NCBI GenBank assembly: GCA_964016885.1
Contig: OZ024742.1
Location: 305,040,001-305,104,000, forward strand
Length of the DNA stretch: 64,000 nt
DNA from: Eledone cirrhosa
Lineage: Eukaryota
Direction of reading: 5' to 3'
The translations under genes were made by a program, and so were the position numbers. Shown here piece after piece: positions 46,357 through 59,600 of the stretch. The notes beneath the pieces are model-generated. The model was not told the origin of the DNA and did not search any database. It saw only the letters and a list, made by a program, of their open reading frames with translations. The number at the start of each line of letters is the position of its first letter. Position 1 is the stretch's first letter.

Positions 46357-46512
46357 AATCGACCCCAGTACTGGACTGGTAAATGTATCGAACTCGAAAG
46401 GATGAAAGGCAATGTTGACTTCGGCGGGTTTTGAATTTAGAACAAAGAGCACCAGAACGAAAACTACAAATAATTCTATCGATTGTCCTAACGACTCTAA
46501 CAATTCGCCGCC
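46357..46512 (-). mobile_element. Degenerate SINE
   Basis: ggatgaaaggcaatgttgacttcggcggg...tttgaattt. Confidence 0.7.
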
Positions 46513-47488
46513 TATATGAATATAAAACAAGCGATAATTTTCAATAAACTCAATGTTTTAAATGTGAATAAAATATCAGATTTTTATGCATTACTCGAGC
46601 CAATATAAAATAATAATACATTCCGATATTGACGCACTGAATTCTCAACACTTAATGATTATATTTCGTGGATATTCCAAATCCAAACCGTTATTGTTTT
46701 CCTTTGAGTGGTAGACTTAATTCATCGCTCAGTTTAACACATACCCCATGTCCTAGGGGACCTTTAGCTGATTTAGCTCTACTAAAAACATCTGAAATTC
46801 TTTGGTTTGAGATTATCATCTTCCATCATTTCTACCAGTCTTGGAATCCCACTCAAGGTCACAGACATGCCCTTCCCTTCTAACCACACAGGAAAGCAAA
46901 AAAAAAAGAAGAAAAAAAGCAAGCATCTTCAGATGCTACATCTTTCTAACACTGTATTTATCTCTTTCTTTCTCTCAAACATTCTCCTACTATTTTATTC
47001 TCTCGCTCCCAATATATTTTTCTTGAAATCTCTTTGGGACGTATACTTTACTCCCACACTCTCATCCACCTCACGGAAAGCTGCAAAATAAAGAATTCAA
47101 TGTTCTACATTATTGTGAGTTGTCTATATTTAACAGCTCTGCCTTCAAAGATATCTTTAACTATCGATTTTCAACCATATTCCCCTTTATCACAAAATAT
47201 CTTTTTTAGACAATTATTTTCTTATCTCGTCCCAAAGCACACGCTTCCACTAGTTCACAGTTTCACTGTATTCAGATATTCCAGATTCTATTAAATAGTG
47301 TCTATCTTAAAACACGTGTCAGATTCCAAAATACTGAAACGATTCTTTTAAAAACTCGATGTACTTGCAATGCTAATTTAACCGAATTTTCGAAAATATA
47401 CTGATTATATTACGCCATATTTTTGCTGAAATTAAATGTATGTCTGTATATGTCTGTGTGTGTCTGTATATGTTTTTTTTTATTAGGC

Positions 47489-47640
47489 TTAGGCAGTATC
47501 GGACGCCAAGCTTTGACGCATAGAGTTACGGCCCTTTCCATTCTGAGTTCAAATCCCACCGAAGTAAACTTTGCGTTTCATAAAGTACCAGTAATGCACT
47601 GGGTAATTGCTGGCCTTGTGCCAATAGTAGAAATAATTAT
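47489..47640 (+). mobile_element. Internally deleted SINE
   Basis: ggcagtatcgg...gagttcaaatccc...aagtaccagtaatgcactggg...gtagaaataatta. Confidence 0.8.
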
Positions 47641-47905
47641 TATCTATAGTATATTAAAGATACGACCGTGTTCGCGTTTAATCTTTTTCTATTTAAGAGC
47701 ACCCATATGTTAATATTAGCATTTTAGGTTTAGTTTCGTATAATTCCATTTCTATGTACATTAAGGTTTCAATACCTTCTCAGTTATACACCATTCAATA
47801 TGGGACTAATAAAAAGAGTATATTTAAGGGCAAAATTCAGACGGAACATACATATGGGACAGCTGTTCTCTCAACTGTCAATCGTATTATAATGTATTAA
47901 GGGAG

Positions 47906-48117
47906 GATGGTGGATTGGCAGAATTGGTAGAGCGTCAGACACTATGCTGCGGAGCATAGTTGCTTCCCTTTATGTTCTGAATTCAAATCCCACCGAGTTT
48001 AACTTTGCCTTTCATCCTTCCGGGGTTGGTAAAATAAACCACCAGTAATGCACTAGGGTCAATTTAATCGACTTTCCCCTTCCCCCAAATTCTAGCCTTG
48101 TGCCTATAGTAGAAACC
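47906..48117 (+). mobile_element. Full-length SINE with 20-bp TSD
   Basis: TSD attataatgtattaagggag at 47886-47905 and 48118-48137. Confidence 0.9.
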
Positions 48118-48886
48118 ATTATAATGTATTAAGGGAGAGTGCTTAAGGGAGAGAGAATGCGGAAAAGGAGTGTTTGAGTGCCTACATAGTTAGTGTACAA
48201 TGCTCTACGAGTCACACTGCTTGTGTACTTAAATAAGCCAGCGTTGAATCAGTCCGCTGTATATATGAATACATGTACATATGTACGTATGCATGTACCT
48301 ATGCATGCACCTATGCATGTATATTTGTATACACGTATATATTTGTATACACGTATACAACAAGGTATATTTATGTATATGTATGTTGGTAGTCAGGTAT
48401 TTTGGTAGTCAGGTATTTGCATATATGTATGTACTCTTCTCTTTATTTCCCAACCATAACAAGCGTTACACTAATACACCGTATTTGCTTTCTATTGTTC
48501 TTCTCTGTTGTTGTTCCTTTTCCTTGACTTCTCTTATATGGGTGGGAGTGTGTGTCTCCATTTCTCCTGCTTCTGGAGACTGATCTAGCACACAATATTT
48601 TTTATCATGCAACTTATGCAGTGAAATATTCATAAAAACACATAGACATTGTACACACTGAAAAAAAAATAACACAACATATTAGCAATTGTATAAATTT
48701 ACAGAATAATACTCAATGATTATTTTATACACGTGTCAGACTTAGAAAATCTATTCGTATCTAGCAGGATTTGCAAGGATTAAACAGTAGTTTTTCTTTT
48801 GTTCGAAAGGAAATGGTAAGGCATGGTATCAATCAATGTGCAACATCGGTTTACATATAAACAAATAAAACGCAAACACACACACA

Positions 48887-48942
<56 letters not shown>

Positions 48943-49593
48943 GAATAAATATATATATAATTGTGTGAGTATGTGTGTGTTGCATATATATGTTCATCGC
49001 TAATCATTCATCGTTAGTTTTCCTCTTCAATTTTTCTTTATCTTCACCATCATCATGTCTAGCATCATTAACATCTAGTCAACTTTTTCTTTAGTTGTTG
49101 TGTTTTTATTGCGTGCGTCTATGGCACAACTGAGACTTGGGCACGGTGTGAGGACATGTTTTCTATTGTATTCAAAGTGTGACAATTTCTGGGTGTTGAG
49201 AATATTATTGCAATGTAATTAATGAGCACAAGTTAAAGTGTTCCCGCCATTTCTGAATATATTGTTACTGAGATTAATTCTGTGGAAGCTGTAGAATTTG
49301 AGGAACATCCGGTATGATCTGAGTCACAGAGTTTTGAGTGTGCATTCAATAATATATTACGCGATGGTGTCGTATACCACGAATATCGACGTGATCGATA
49401 ATCTTCTGGTGAGGTATCACAGGACAAAATAAGTGTAAATTACCTTGGATTAATCGCAACTCAGTAACTGGAGAGAAGATTAATTTAAGGCAGTAGCGAG
49501 TAAGGTTCTTCGAATAGGATTCGGACTTCATCTTGTGAGAGGCGAGTGATAATGGTGAATGTTACCTGGTTAGAATGGGCCACTTAAATTATA

Positions 49594-49713
49594 TTGCCTT
49601 CATCCTTACGAGGTCGATAAAATAAAGTACCAGTAATGCACTGGAGTCGATTTAATCGATTTCCCCTCCCCCAAATTTGCTGGCCTTTTGCCTATATAAG
49701 AAACCATTATTAT
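49594..49713 (+). mobile_element. 5'-truncated SINE ending ~37 nt upstream of the NOL4-like exon
   Basis: tgccttcatccttacgaggtcgataaaataaagtaccag...gaaaccattatta. Confidence 0.8.
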
Positions 49714-49750
49714 AAATAACATTCATTTTTCTTTATATCTTTTGTTGCAG

Positions 49751-49894
49751 AATGATCCAAATTGCAGTGAAATTGATAAAGGTTATAAGCGGGTGGCTAT
49801 GGTGGAGGATTTCTTTGATATTATTCATGGAGTCCATGTTGAAATGGACGGCCGCGGCGGGAAGCATGCGGGACAGAAACGTACCTATCGTGCA
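49751..49894 (+). CDS. NOL4: Internal coding exon of a nucleolar protein 4 (NOL4/NOL4L)-like gene
   Basis: Polypyrimidine tract and ttgcag acceptor end at 49750; gtaagt donor starts at 49895; 48 open codons NDPNCSEIDKGYKRVAMVEDFFDIIHGVHVEMDGRGGKHAGQKRTYRA match the recalled NOL4-family motif RRVAVVEDFFDII..H....KHAGQKRTYKA. Neighbouring exons were not found in the window. Confidence 0.85.
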
Positions 49895-50499
49895 GTAAGT
49901 ACATTTTATAATCACAATATTTTTTCTGTTATCTCTTTCAGGATGTAGTGGCAAAAATACTAAACATCGTGACACTGCGACACGTTAGTTAGCCTGAGGC
50001 ATTTTAACTTTAAATTCTGAGGGTTCGATAAAATGCGTATTAATTATACTCTAAAGTAAATTTCCATCAACTACATTATCTAAACATGAATGTACAGATT
50101 CATAGATATAAAATATATCTATTTCGAAATAAATACATTCTTAAGCCACAAAACGGAATTGAATCATGAATTATCTGATGGGTCCATTATCATTTTGCTT
50201 TGAAGATTGTTCAGTGAACTGTATTTATTCATGTATGCAAATTGTCAAATACTCTACGAAACTAGACATGGAGTTTAAAATATACATTGCACAGTAACCA
50301 TGAGTTTGGCGTAGATTTTGTTGTATTTTGATATCTTTTTCACATTATTTATTTCCGTACAATTACGTAGACGTCCGCGCTAACTGTTAATACAATAATT
50401 GATTCCGCTCAAATAATCTCATTTTTGATATATTACAAATATTCCTAAATTCAACTAATTCGTGACTGATTCCAGGTTAATAGAAAAAAAAAAGAATTC

Positions 50500-50960
50500 A
50501 TAGTTTTGGCTATTCTTTGAATGAAAGATAATATTCAGACAGGCCTTACATTCGTTAGACATTACGACGTAAAACTGTCTGTGTGCCTTCAGCTTATAAT
50601 TACGGATACTTCTGTAGAGCTTGACATTTATAATGGTGATTTTAGGCATCCCCCATAAAGTCTCCTGACCTTCTAAAGCCATGCACCATAACGTAATGGA
50701 AGGTTTGAGCAATGTTCTCATATTATCTTCGATTGTAAATTTGACAGTTGGCTGTAATCGCAAATTGCTTGGTTCCAGAAAAATGCAATCTTTACCACAT
50801 GATCGTTGTTAATATGTCCAGTGGTTGTACTTTTGGCAGAATGACAGCCTGTCATTGATATTCTTTGTAGACATGAGTGCCTTTTTGGCAGGTTCGAGAA
50901 GTGTAGTGCTAAGGTTAATTAGTTGAGGGTCGGATATTATATCAAGATAGAAGATGTTTA
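50500..50960 (-). mobile_element. Decayed Tc1-family transposase remnant
   Basis: Minus-strand PAKKALMSTKNINDRLSFCQKYNHWT (about 50815-50893) and RLQPTVK (about 50740-50761), typical Tc1 KKPLL...RL.F...H.W and PTVKH motifs. Confidence 0.65.
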
Positions 50961-51483
50961 GATTTGAATGGCGATCATTTTATTTTTTCACTTTTATTTC
51001 TTTTAATTCTTTTTTTTACAACCACTGATGTCACTTTTCGGACCTTTCCACTCCTCTTTTAGGATAAACCATCATCAAAGTAAGATTCATCTGTCCATAT
51101 TAATTTCTTACAGCTAATACTTTGTCTTATTGGCAGTTTGTTGGCATTTTAGCTCTGCTTCAGTTTCATCAAATACAACGAACCAGTAACAGCTTTCCAC
51201 TTGGAGGAACAGTCAGCCATCTCGAAAGAAACAAGAAATGCATAAGAAATATTTTAGTGCTACATAAAATGGAATATCTTAGTCAATCTACACATATGCA
51301 CTGAACAACGTTTCATATGTATCTATCATAGTTACAGTTAAGACTGAATGTTTAATAAAAACAACACATGTTTTGAATTGAAGTTATATTTCGAGGTTAG
51401 AATAATTCGATTTCATAGACATTTTTGGATAGTGAACAATATATGTCATTAACGCATATTTTTCTGAATGTCCATATCTATCT

Positions 51484-51572
<89 letters not shown>

Positions 51573-52012
51573 ATACAAGTGGAAGCTTAGTAAAATCGAA
51601 GCGTTGGCTGTGCGCAAGCAAAGTCAACCTACAATAGGAATGAGTTAGCAAAGCACTCAATAAGGGTAGGTCCTTAGAGTAATAACATACGTTTAAATAG
51701 CTTGACAAATTGAACATTGCGGTAGGCAAAACCCAACCACACAATACCAAAGTAACGAAAGAACTAACAGGTTAAATATATATAGTTAAGAAGTTTTCTG
51801 AGTGTCCGTGGACTGATTGGGGCAATAACTGTCTTGTTTTTGTATATATACGCAAAGATACGCTAAAAAGATATCTGTCTGTAGATGAACTAATAAGTTC
51901 GTAAATATAGATTTTACAACACAGAGTTAATTCATGTGTAATTTTCTGATATAATAAAGACACTAATAGGCTATATACATGTAATAACAGTCACGTTATA
52001 CATATATGTATG

Positions 52013-52043
<31 letters not shown>

Positions 52044-52067
52044 TTGAGCGGCTCGCAATCTGAATGC

Positions 52068-52098
<31 letters not shown>

Positions 52099-53577
52099 TA
52101 ATATTCTAAGTAAAGAAATGGTGGTTGATCAAGTAAACGCCTGAGTATAAATGCGGGATCTTACCACCCCCAATAGTATTTTAAGAATCTTGTAAAAAGT
52201 ATTAGCAGGAAAATCTCTAATCTCTCTTTCATCAATAGTATTTTTGACAAAGCGGCCCCCACCTACCTAATATGCAGCCCTAGAAGGAACGGGATTCAAG
52301 AAAATATTTAGCTAACCCCCCCCCCCCCCCTTACCAAATATTACGTTCAATATTTTTGTAAAACGTTATGTGCAATAGCCATTTTCATTCAACTTTCTTT
52401 TCCCTATTCTTGACATTTTTCTCCATTCAATATTGCAATTTCCTGACGCAATCACATTTATCTGACCGTTGCCTATTCAATGTGCACTCTCATTAGCTGT
52501 ATATGGAGTGACATATATGTTTATACAGGCTTATGTGTATATTCAAAGCAAGAAAATATATATTTGAATGTATAATCATCGAGCCACAAACTTAGCAGTT
52601 GAAGATTTACAGTTTAGACAAATTTTCAGGAAACATAATATCCTACAGTGCGGTCTTCGGTTACTCAATCTAAAGTACAGAGAATATTGTATTAATGATG
52701 GTGATAAGGATAGTTATAATGATAATGATCGCGTGTGCCACACACTGTTTTTTCAGCATCGTTTCAGAAATGTAAACAAATATTTTCTTATTGCCCTTAC
52801 CTGAGCTATGGAGACGATCCTCTGTTATTAGGAAGTGACATATTTTCTCGCTCAGTAGAAAAAGTCTAAACATTTGCATGCAGATATCAACATGTTTCAA
52901 GTATGATATAGCCAAGAGATTGTGGAAGAGTGGCTTGGTATTTGAAGTGCACAAATTGATTTACTTCCGTATTGCAAATGACACGCGATGGAAACAATAT
53001 GGTTTCTTGAATATGGTAAGAGTTTGAGTGATTTTCCTCATGAATGAGACAATAATATTGTTTCCATTGGGGAACGTTTCCGAGATTGCTTTCGAAATAT
53101 ATCTATAGCTCACGATCAAAGTGGTTGTGCTTTCTTTTACATTTATTCAACCACCACAATCCAGGTATCTATGTGAGATGTATATAATCCTGCAAGATAC
53201 TTGCAAGAGTTTTGTTTAAGATTGCTTGTTATAGTCACTTGATATAAGCGGCATCCCTGTAAGTCACAACTGGCAAGTTGTAGCTTCAGCAATGTTTGAT
53301 CGAAAACTGCTGAGCATTCCATTCAAAACATATGCTTTTGATATTGCTCAGTGGAAAGATTTCTTTTTTTTCTGAGATGTTTATCTTAGTCCTTAGCTCC
53401 GACAGTAGACTATATTAGAGAACAGTTGATTAAGGTATAGTATAAAGACATACCCTATATTTATTAACTTTGGTGGGCAAATAGGCCACATAGATACTTT
53501 AATACATTCAAGCCAAATACTTTTCTAGCAAACGTAACTGTATTAACGTAGCTGTAAATATATATATATATATATAT

Positions 53578-53890
53578 TATAAGATCAAAAGATGGTTAAA
53601 AGAGTTCCAAGTATTTTAAATCAACATATAGATATGTTGATTTAAATCTTCACTGCTCACAAGTGTTTTTTAAGCTTCATAACATGTCTCCCTATTTTAT
53701 CTGATGAGAACGCAGATATCATCCCATGATGATATTTGTTTTTGAAATGCGCATAATAAAATACTTGGAACTCTTTTAACCATCTTTTGATCTTATATTA
53801 TTTATACTCCAGTTCTACAAACTGTAGAGTGCTACTTATCCGATATTTGCATTGCTTTATTGTGCTACAATAAAACTCACCTCCTACATT
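53578..53890 (+). mobile_element. Non-autonomous Penelope-like (pLTR) element with inverted 5' arm, inserted in (TA)n
   Basis: 53578-53619 is the reverse complement of 53757-53797; contains the hammerhead; ~90-nt unpaired 3' extension; same family as 41849-42001. Confidence 0.6.
53693..53763 (+). ncRNA. Type I hammerhead ribozyme (Penelope-like element type)
   Basis: Stem I tattttat (53693-53700) pairs with ataaaata (53756-53763); core CUGAUGA 53701-53707; long stem II (gcagatatcatc/gatgatatttgt); GAAA 53744-53747; palindromic stem III a-tgcgca-t; NUH triplet AUA with predicted cleavage after 53755. Confidence 0.8.
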
Positions 53891-54021
53891 ATATATATAT
53901 ATATAATAATAACAAGTTTGAATATAGAATTTAGCAATATTACTTGTTATATAATACATGTATTAGATATATACACATATACATAATGAGCACTTCTAAT
54001 AAATTATACATATATGCACAT

Positions 54022-54069
<48 letters not shown>

Positions 54070-54778
54070 GACGGAATTACATACACATCTACTTGACTTT
54101 TGTACTGAGCTAGGAATTCAGTCGGGTGAAAAACAAAATAGTTCGGACAAAGCCAAGAATTGGAAGGTTGGCACTGAGAAAGGAGCCAATGTGTACTGAA
54201 TATGGAATGGTATAAACACTATTTCTCCAAACAACTTTTACACTTCATTATACATTGGAGAAACCAAAATTCGCCCAGTCTCTCCAGCTCCACTTGAGAA
54301 AGACAGTCCATTCGTTTGATAGAGAACACGGATGGCACTTTAGCTTGATATTTGCCATGAAACTTACCAACTGGAAATGCCTGTATAAACTTCAAGAAGA
54401 CAACGAAAAATATAAATCAATAAATAAACAAACACGAAAATAAAAATTCATGTTTGTCTATTGAAGCGAATAAGCCGGCCTTTTCTACTTAATTATGAGA
54501 CAAAAAGAGACATGAAAGTTTTTCTTACGGAAATAGTAAAGGGGCGCACTTTTCCTAGCATTTCCTTCATGTGACCTTCTATAAAGGGGGAAACTGATGC
54601 CACTTGAATTCATTTTACAATATCCCTTCTCTTCTCTTTCTTCTCTCCCTACATTTCTCTTCCTTCCTTTCTCTTTAATTCACTTACATCCCGCTTTCTC
54701 TCTCACCTTCTATCTTCCTTTCTATCAATCTATCTAAATCTCTCTCCCTCCCCCTCTCTGCCCCCCCCTCTCTCTCTA

Positions 54779-54831
<53 letters not shown>

Positions 54832-54911
54832 ATATATATATATACATACATATATATATACACACACGCAAACACATACATACAACACACACACACACAC
54901 ACACACATATG

Positions 54912-54953
<42 letters not shown>

Positions 54954-55599
54954 AGTAATTCTGCCTCTCTATATCTTCCCTATTTCTCTCTCCCCAACTT
55001 CGACTTTCTCATTCAAACAATTTTGTCTGATTCATAGTTTGTTTATGTCTTCCTTCCTATTCGGCTGGTCCGACGTCTTAGCATGGATTAACGTTTAGCT
55101 TGGCTATATTGCATGATTCTATTCGATTGTGTCGCAGTGTATTTATGTGTTGTGTCAGCTTACGTATGTATGAATCTTTATCTAAGTGAATGTATGTATT
55201 TATGAATGTACGTATGTACATATAAATGACTGCATATGTGTGAATATGTATCTCTGTTTGTCAATCACAGTTGATTTATAAAGTTCGACAGAACATCTAT
55301 ATTAGTACATACAGAAATACGTACATATTTTTCTTTAAAGTATGTATGTGTGTATGTATATATACATTACTATATGTGTAGAATTATTTCTATATATTTG
55401 GGGAATCAGAGACTTATGTATGTTCACAAATACTATAAGACGCATACGCTTGCTAGCCATAATCACTGATGGATGCTACCAAATTTAGAATTTGTGTGAA
55501 TTGGAGCGAGAGAACGGACGTTACAACGTGGCATGTGTTCGCCCTGACACTGGAAGGTGTATGAGGCTATATTCACATACGGCTATTATGATATACACA

Positions 55600-56200
55600 C
55601 ATACATACAGCATTGCACACTTATGAGCACACATACAGATATATAGAGATATTCATACGTACACACACACAGACAGACACACACACACACACACTCACAC
55701 GCACGCACACATACAGGATTGCACACTTATGAGCACACATACAGATATATATAGATATTCATACGTACACACACACAGACACACACACACACACACTCAC
55801 ACGCACGCACACATACAGGATTGCATACTTATGAGCACACATACAGATATATATACATATTCATACGTACACACACACAGACACACACACACACACGCAC
55901 ACATACAGGATTGCACACTTATGAGCACATATACAGATATATATAGATATTCATACGTACACACACACAGACACACACACACACACGCACACATACAGGA
56001 TTGCACACTTATGAGCACATATACAGATATATATAGATATTCATACGTACACACACACACAGACAGACACACACACACACACATACAGATATATATACAT
56101 ATTCATACGTACACACACACACACATACAGGATTGCACACTTATGAGCACACATACAGATACATATATATATAGATAGTCATACGTACAGACACACACAC
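55600..56200. repeat. Minisatellite of ~90-130 bp units with embedded (CA)n
   Basis: attgcacacttatgagcacacatacagatat core at about 55612, 55718, 55820, 55910, 56000, 56132. Confidence 0.9.
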
Positions 56201-56405
56201 AGACATACACACACACACACTCACGCACACACAGACACACACACACACTCACACACGTGCACAGAAACACACAGACATGCACACATATATATATATATTT
56301 GTATATATACATATACGTATATGTGTGTATATATGTGTGTGTTTGTGTGTGTGTGTGTACAGATTAACAGAATTCACACATTTGTAGGCGGATCATTTTT
56401 TTTGT

Positions 56406-56460
<55 letters not shown>

Positions 56461-56696
56461 TAGATTTCTATTTATTTGCCACTAGGGCACAAGAGAAAGG
56501 GACAAATACACAGGGGGGAGTTTACATAAATACGAGTAAAGAAAAAGGCATAACAATGAGAATAACATAATAATAAAAAGTCCTCAAAAGGGAGGGGGCG
56601 TGTTGGGGATTGCACATACCCCCGAAAAGTGTGCAACTCTTTTCGCGGGGGAAGCCCAGAGAGGAGGCGCTCCCCCTTTCCTCTTCACTTCTTCAC

Positions 56697-59600
56697 CTAC
56701 AGAACAATGTAGAGAGAAGGCCCATTTACACGAGCCATTCTCGCTTCTTTCACCCACCTTTCATAAAACTGTCTGGGGCCAAGCACTTCTCTCTCCATCC
56801 TGATCCTTCTTCCGAAGTGGTATCGGAAGAAGTAAACCAGGTGATGGCCGGAGAGAAAGTCACCCGACCTCAGACCTTTCAGGCGCGTCCACCACACAAC
56901 CTCTTTCATCATGGCTATTACGCACAGAAAGACCGCCTCTGCTTCATTTCTGAAGGGAGGAGGCGGCTTGATGTTCACCACAGACTCAGCGGTCAATCGA
57001 ATCGGCGCCACACGCGACAGCAGTCGTTCGACGTAGCCCCACGATCGGCAACGCCCGGGCAGTGTACCAGTGCATGCGCAACGGTTTCCTCGTCGCGCAC
57101 GCATCTGGGACAGATCTTTTTCGCGGGATCCCTGCCCGGGCGCCCGTGTCTGTAGAGCTTTTCTCGAACGGGCATAGCCCCCCGGTAACACTGCCAGGCT
57201 AGGGACCTCTGGAAGTTGTCCATGGGTCCCGGGCCGAAAGTTCTACCGAGCAGGCTGGCCAGTTCGTCCTCCTCCATGCCTAGCGACTCTCCAAGGGTGT
57301 CGTCGCCCCTGCTAGCCACCAGCCCTCTATAGAATGTCGAGGTGGATTCTCCACTGACAGTCGGGTCCGCTTGCCAGAGAGCCCTGAGCGCCTGGGCACA
57401 CTCGGTGTGCCAGTTGCCCAGTTTTCTCGGTCTTTGCTTCACCCAGGATTGCAGCTCGGTGAGCGAGACGAGCTGTGGGAAGGCTCGCCTCACAAACGGG
57501 GCCCACACTGGCTGACCGGTGAGGAATACCTGTAGATGCCGTAGCCTCAATGCGTGCCTACGCATCAACAGCCACGGCATACCCAGCCCTCCTTTCGAAG
57601 GGTACTGGCAGCAGATGGATCTCCTCACCATGGGAGGCCGCTTCTTCCAGAGGAACTGGAAGAGCATGCGTTCCATGATGGTGAGCTTTTCCTTGGGGCA
57701 AGGCACGACGGTCAGGCGGTAGTAGATGACGGACGCTATGTAAGCGTTCGTCACCTCCGCCCGACCTTTCAGTGATAGTTTGCACTTGGCCCACTTCTGG
57801 ATCAGCGCAAACACCCTGCTCGTCACCTCGCCCCAATTCGTCTCCACCTGGAGGTCCGGTCCGAACCAGACCCCGTGCAGCTTCACCGGGCCCTCCGTCC
57901 ACCGCCCGACGACACCGTCTAATGGCATCGGTTTGCCCCTCCACGTTCCGAGTTGAAAACCGACTGACTTGTCCCGGTTCAGCCTAGCCCCCGTCAGCCT
58001 TTCGTATTCCTCCAGTAGAGTGGCGATCGCCCCGATTTCCGAGGCGTCCGCCACCATTACTGTTACGTCGTCGGCAATTGCGTGCAATCCCGTCGTTGTG
58101 CAATCCCGGTTCCAGGGGTATGCCCCGCAGCAACTCCAACTTCCGCAGCAGTGGCTCGAGAGTCAATACGTACAGAAGGGAGGGGAGGGGGCACCCCTGT
58201 CTGATGGACCGGGTGATTTGAAACGGCTCCGAGAGGTAGCCGTTTACTTTAATCCTAGAGTAGATGTTGCCACTGTGCATGGCAGAAATCCAGCCCCTGA
58301 AAACGGGTCCGAAGCCCGCCGCCGCTAGCACCGCATCCAGGTAACCATGGTCGACCCTATCGAACGCCTTAGATTGATCCAAGTTGATCAGGGCCCCACC
58401 AAAGCCGGGTTCCTTGCCAACCCTCTCTATGATGTATCGCATGAGGTGGAGGTTGTCGTGAATGGACCTGGACGGGATAGCGCATGTCTGCGCGTCTCCC
58501 ACCAAACCATCGACCACAAGCGCCAACCTCTTCGCCAACACCTTGGCCAAAATCTGTAACTCTGCATTCAGCAGAGTTATATGCCTAAAGTTACTTAAGT
58601 CGCCCCCCTTGCTCTCGTCCTTCCTCACTAGCGTGACCACGCCCTTGGTCACAGAACAGGGAATTCTCCCGTTCTGTTGCCAGTTGCAATAGACAGCCTC
58701 GAGGAGTTCGGAGAACAAGACCGGCATAGCTAAATAAAGTTCGTATGGTAGACCATCGAGACCCGGATATTTGCGTCTGCTGCATTGGCTGAGCGCTTCC
58801 CCGATTTCAGTGGCTGTGATTGGCCTTTCGCAGCACTCCGCTTCGCCGCTCGAAAGACGCGGTAGACCGTCGAGGTATGGACCGAAGTCCACATCCCCGT
58901 CCGGCCCCCCGCCCCCTCCGAACAGTCGAGCAAAGTGCCTTTGAAAGGCCTCGCACATCCGCTCAGGTTCAAGGATCACTCGTCCATCCTGGTCTCGCAA
59001 AGACCGAATGGTGGATTTAATCCCACTCTTGGCTTCTGTCACGCGGGCCCAGCTAACAGCTTTGGTCCCCTCGTTTCCTAAAGCACGTATTTTACTTCGG
59101 ACAACGCAGCCTTCGTGCTTCGCGTCAAAGAACTGGCTCAACGCCGTTCTCGCCGCTAACACTCTGGCCACGTCTCCGCTCCTAATCGCCTCTTCTAGTT
59201 TATCTGTTAACTCCCTTTCCTTCCTATTTCTATTCGCCGCTAGTTCCTTACTGTAACCTATCGAACTTACTCTAATCTCTCTCTTTAGAGATACCCACCA
59301 CCTGCTGTTGACGATCGCTCCCGTCAACCTCATCTTAACTAAGCTACTAATCCGGTTCCTGTAATTTTTCTTTGCCGGCAAGGACAAGTTCATCTTCCAG
59401 TAACCGGGACCCTGTCTATGTGTTCTATCAAGGTTGACCACGCAGGTCACTAATTTGTGATCTGAATAGCCAACCATCATCAATTCTGGACTACTAAATA
59501 CGTCCCTATCCTTACTCCTAACCAAAAACCTATCTAGGTACGATCTAGATTGACCACTGCGGTTTGCCCAGGTCCAGGTTGGCGCAGTTGGACAATCTAG

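Noticed and set aside
53325-53345. Candidate next NOL4 exon (TYAF)
   Set aside because: Continues DIAQ rather than LPREAV and has no suitable acceptor.
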